Positions 63,641 to 64,000 of a stretch of DNA of 64,000 nucleotides are shown piece by piece. Below the pieces are notes generated by a model. The model ran no database searches, was not told where the DNA came from, and worked only from the letters and a program-made list of their open reading frames with translations. How positions within the stretch are numbered: the stretch's first letter is position 1; each line of letters starts with the position of its first letter. This DNA comes from Tubiluchus corallicola. Its lineage: Eukaryota; Animalia; Priapulida. The stretch is taken from NCBI GenBank assembly GCA_030141605.1, contig JAQGDQ010000011.1:740066-804065 (forward strand), read 5' to 3'. The translations under genes were made by a program, and so were the position numbers.

Positions 63641-64000
63641 GTATACTTTTTGGAAATTTAAAGACTCGTTGTATCAATACATAAAATAAAAACTCGTATA
63701 TGCCATTGAAATGCTAAAGCACCTGACTGAATGACATTCACCGCCAAGTCCAAAACTTTCCTTTGCTGTTGCACAGCAGCTGAAAAAAGGAAGGATAGCT
63801 GTAGAATAGGATAGATAACACAGATCACGCCAAAAAATTCCAAACGTTTTTATACATATTGCCCTCTGCAAGCCGGATTTCATAAGTCAGCTGCAAAGTT
63901 TAATTAATGTAGATGACATCTAATTCTCAAGAGTAATCCCAGAAAACGAAACGCTGAATTGTAGACGTATCCCGGGTACATTTAGGTGCCGATTTATCCT

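Larger units (their letters stand above)
4177..64000 (+). other. Intron 1 of KDM3/JMJD1C, >59.8 kb, running past the window end
   Basis: GT donor at 4177. Reading by eye, I found no exon encoding the expected (V/I)xVE(F/Y)DxxxWxxREW segment; the region is AT-rich and repeat-laden. Confidence 0.72.

Noticed and set aside
119-63883. The remaining ~100 short ORFs in the track
   Set aside because: No recognisable domains, and an F/L/I/K/Y/C-rich composition typical of random AT-rich DNA; many begin at GTG/TTG.

Overview
AT-rich animal (invertebrate-type) nuclear DNA with spliceosomal gene structure; no prokaryotic features. The window starts in the last coding exon of an adenosine-deaminase-like gene (ADAL/MAPDA, 1-177, +) followed by its 3'UTR. 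About 3.8 kb downstream is the first coding exon of a KDM3/JMJD1C-family JmjC histone demethylase (4021-4176, +). I found no exon 2, so the remaining ~59.8 kb appears to be one very large first intron. That intron contains an antisense trypsin-family protease gene: its 3' ~199 codons are intact, with a possible GPI-type tail, but the His57 region is missing and the 5' part is disrupted. It also holds several decayed coding-like islands, CpG/motif-rich candidate internal promoters or enhancers (two RFX X-boxes, one TATA/MEF2-GC-box cluster), and many transposon relics. The relics include an L2 LINE 3' end, a MetaSINE-like element, tRNA-SINE heads, MITEs, a TTAA-anchored repeat (2 copies) and a TTAGGG-containing element (3 copies). 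Most entries in the ORF track look spurious. All family assignments are from recalled motifs, not database searches. I cannot demonstrate a new biological system here; the best leads are the nested protease relic, the KDM3 5' regulatory architecture and the giant intron's internal promoters.
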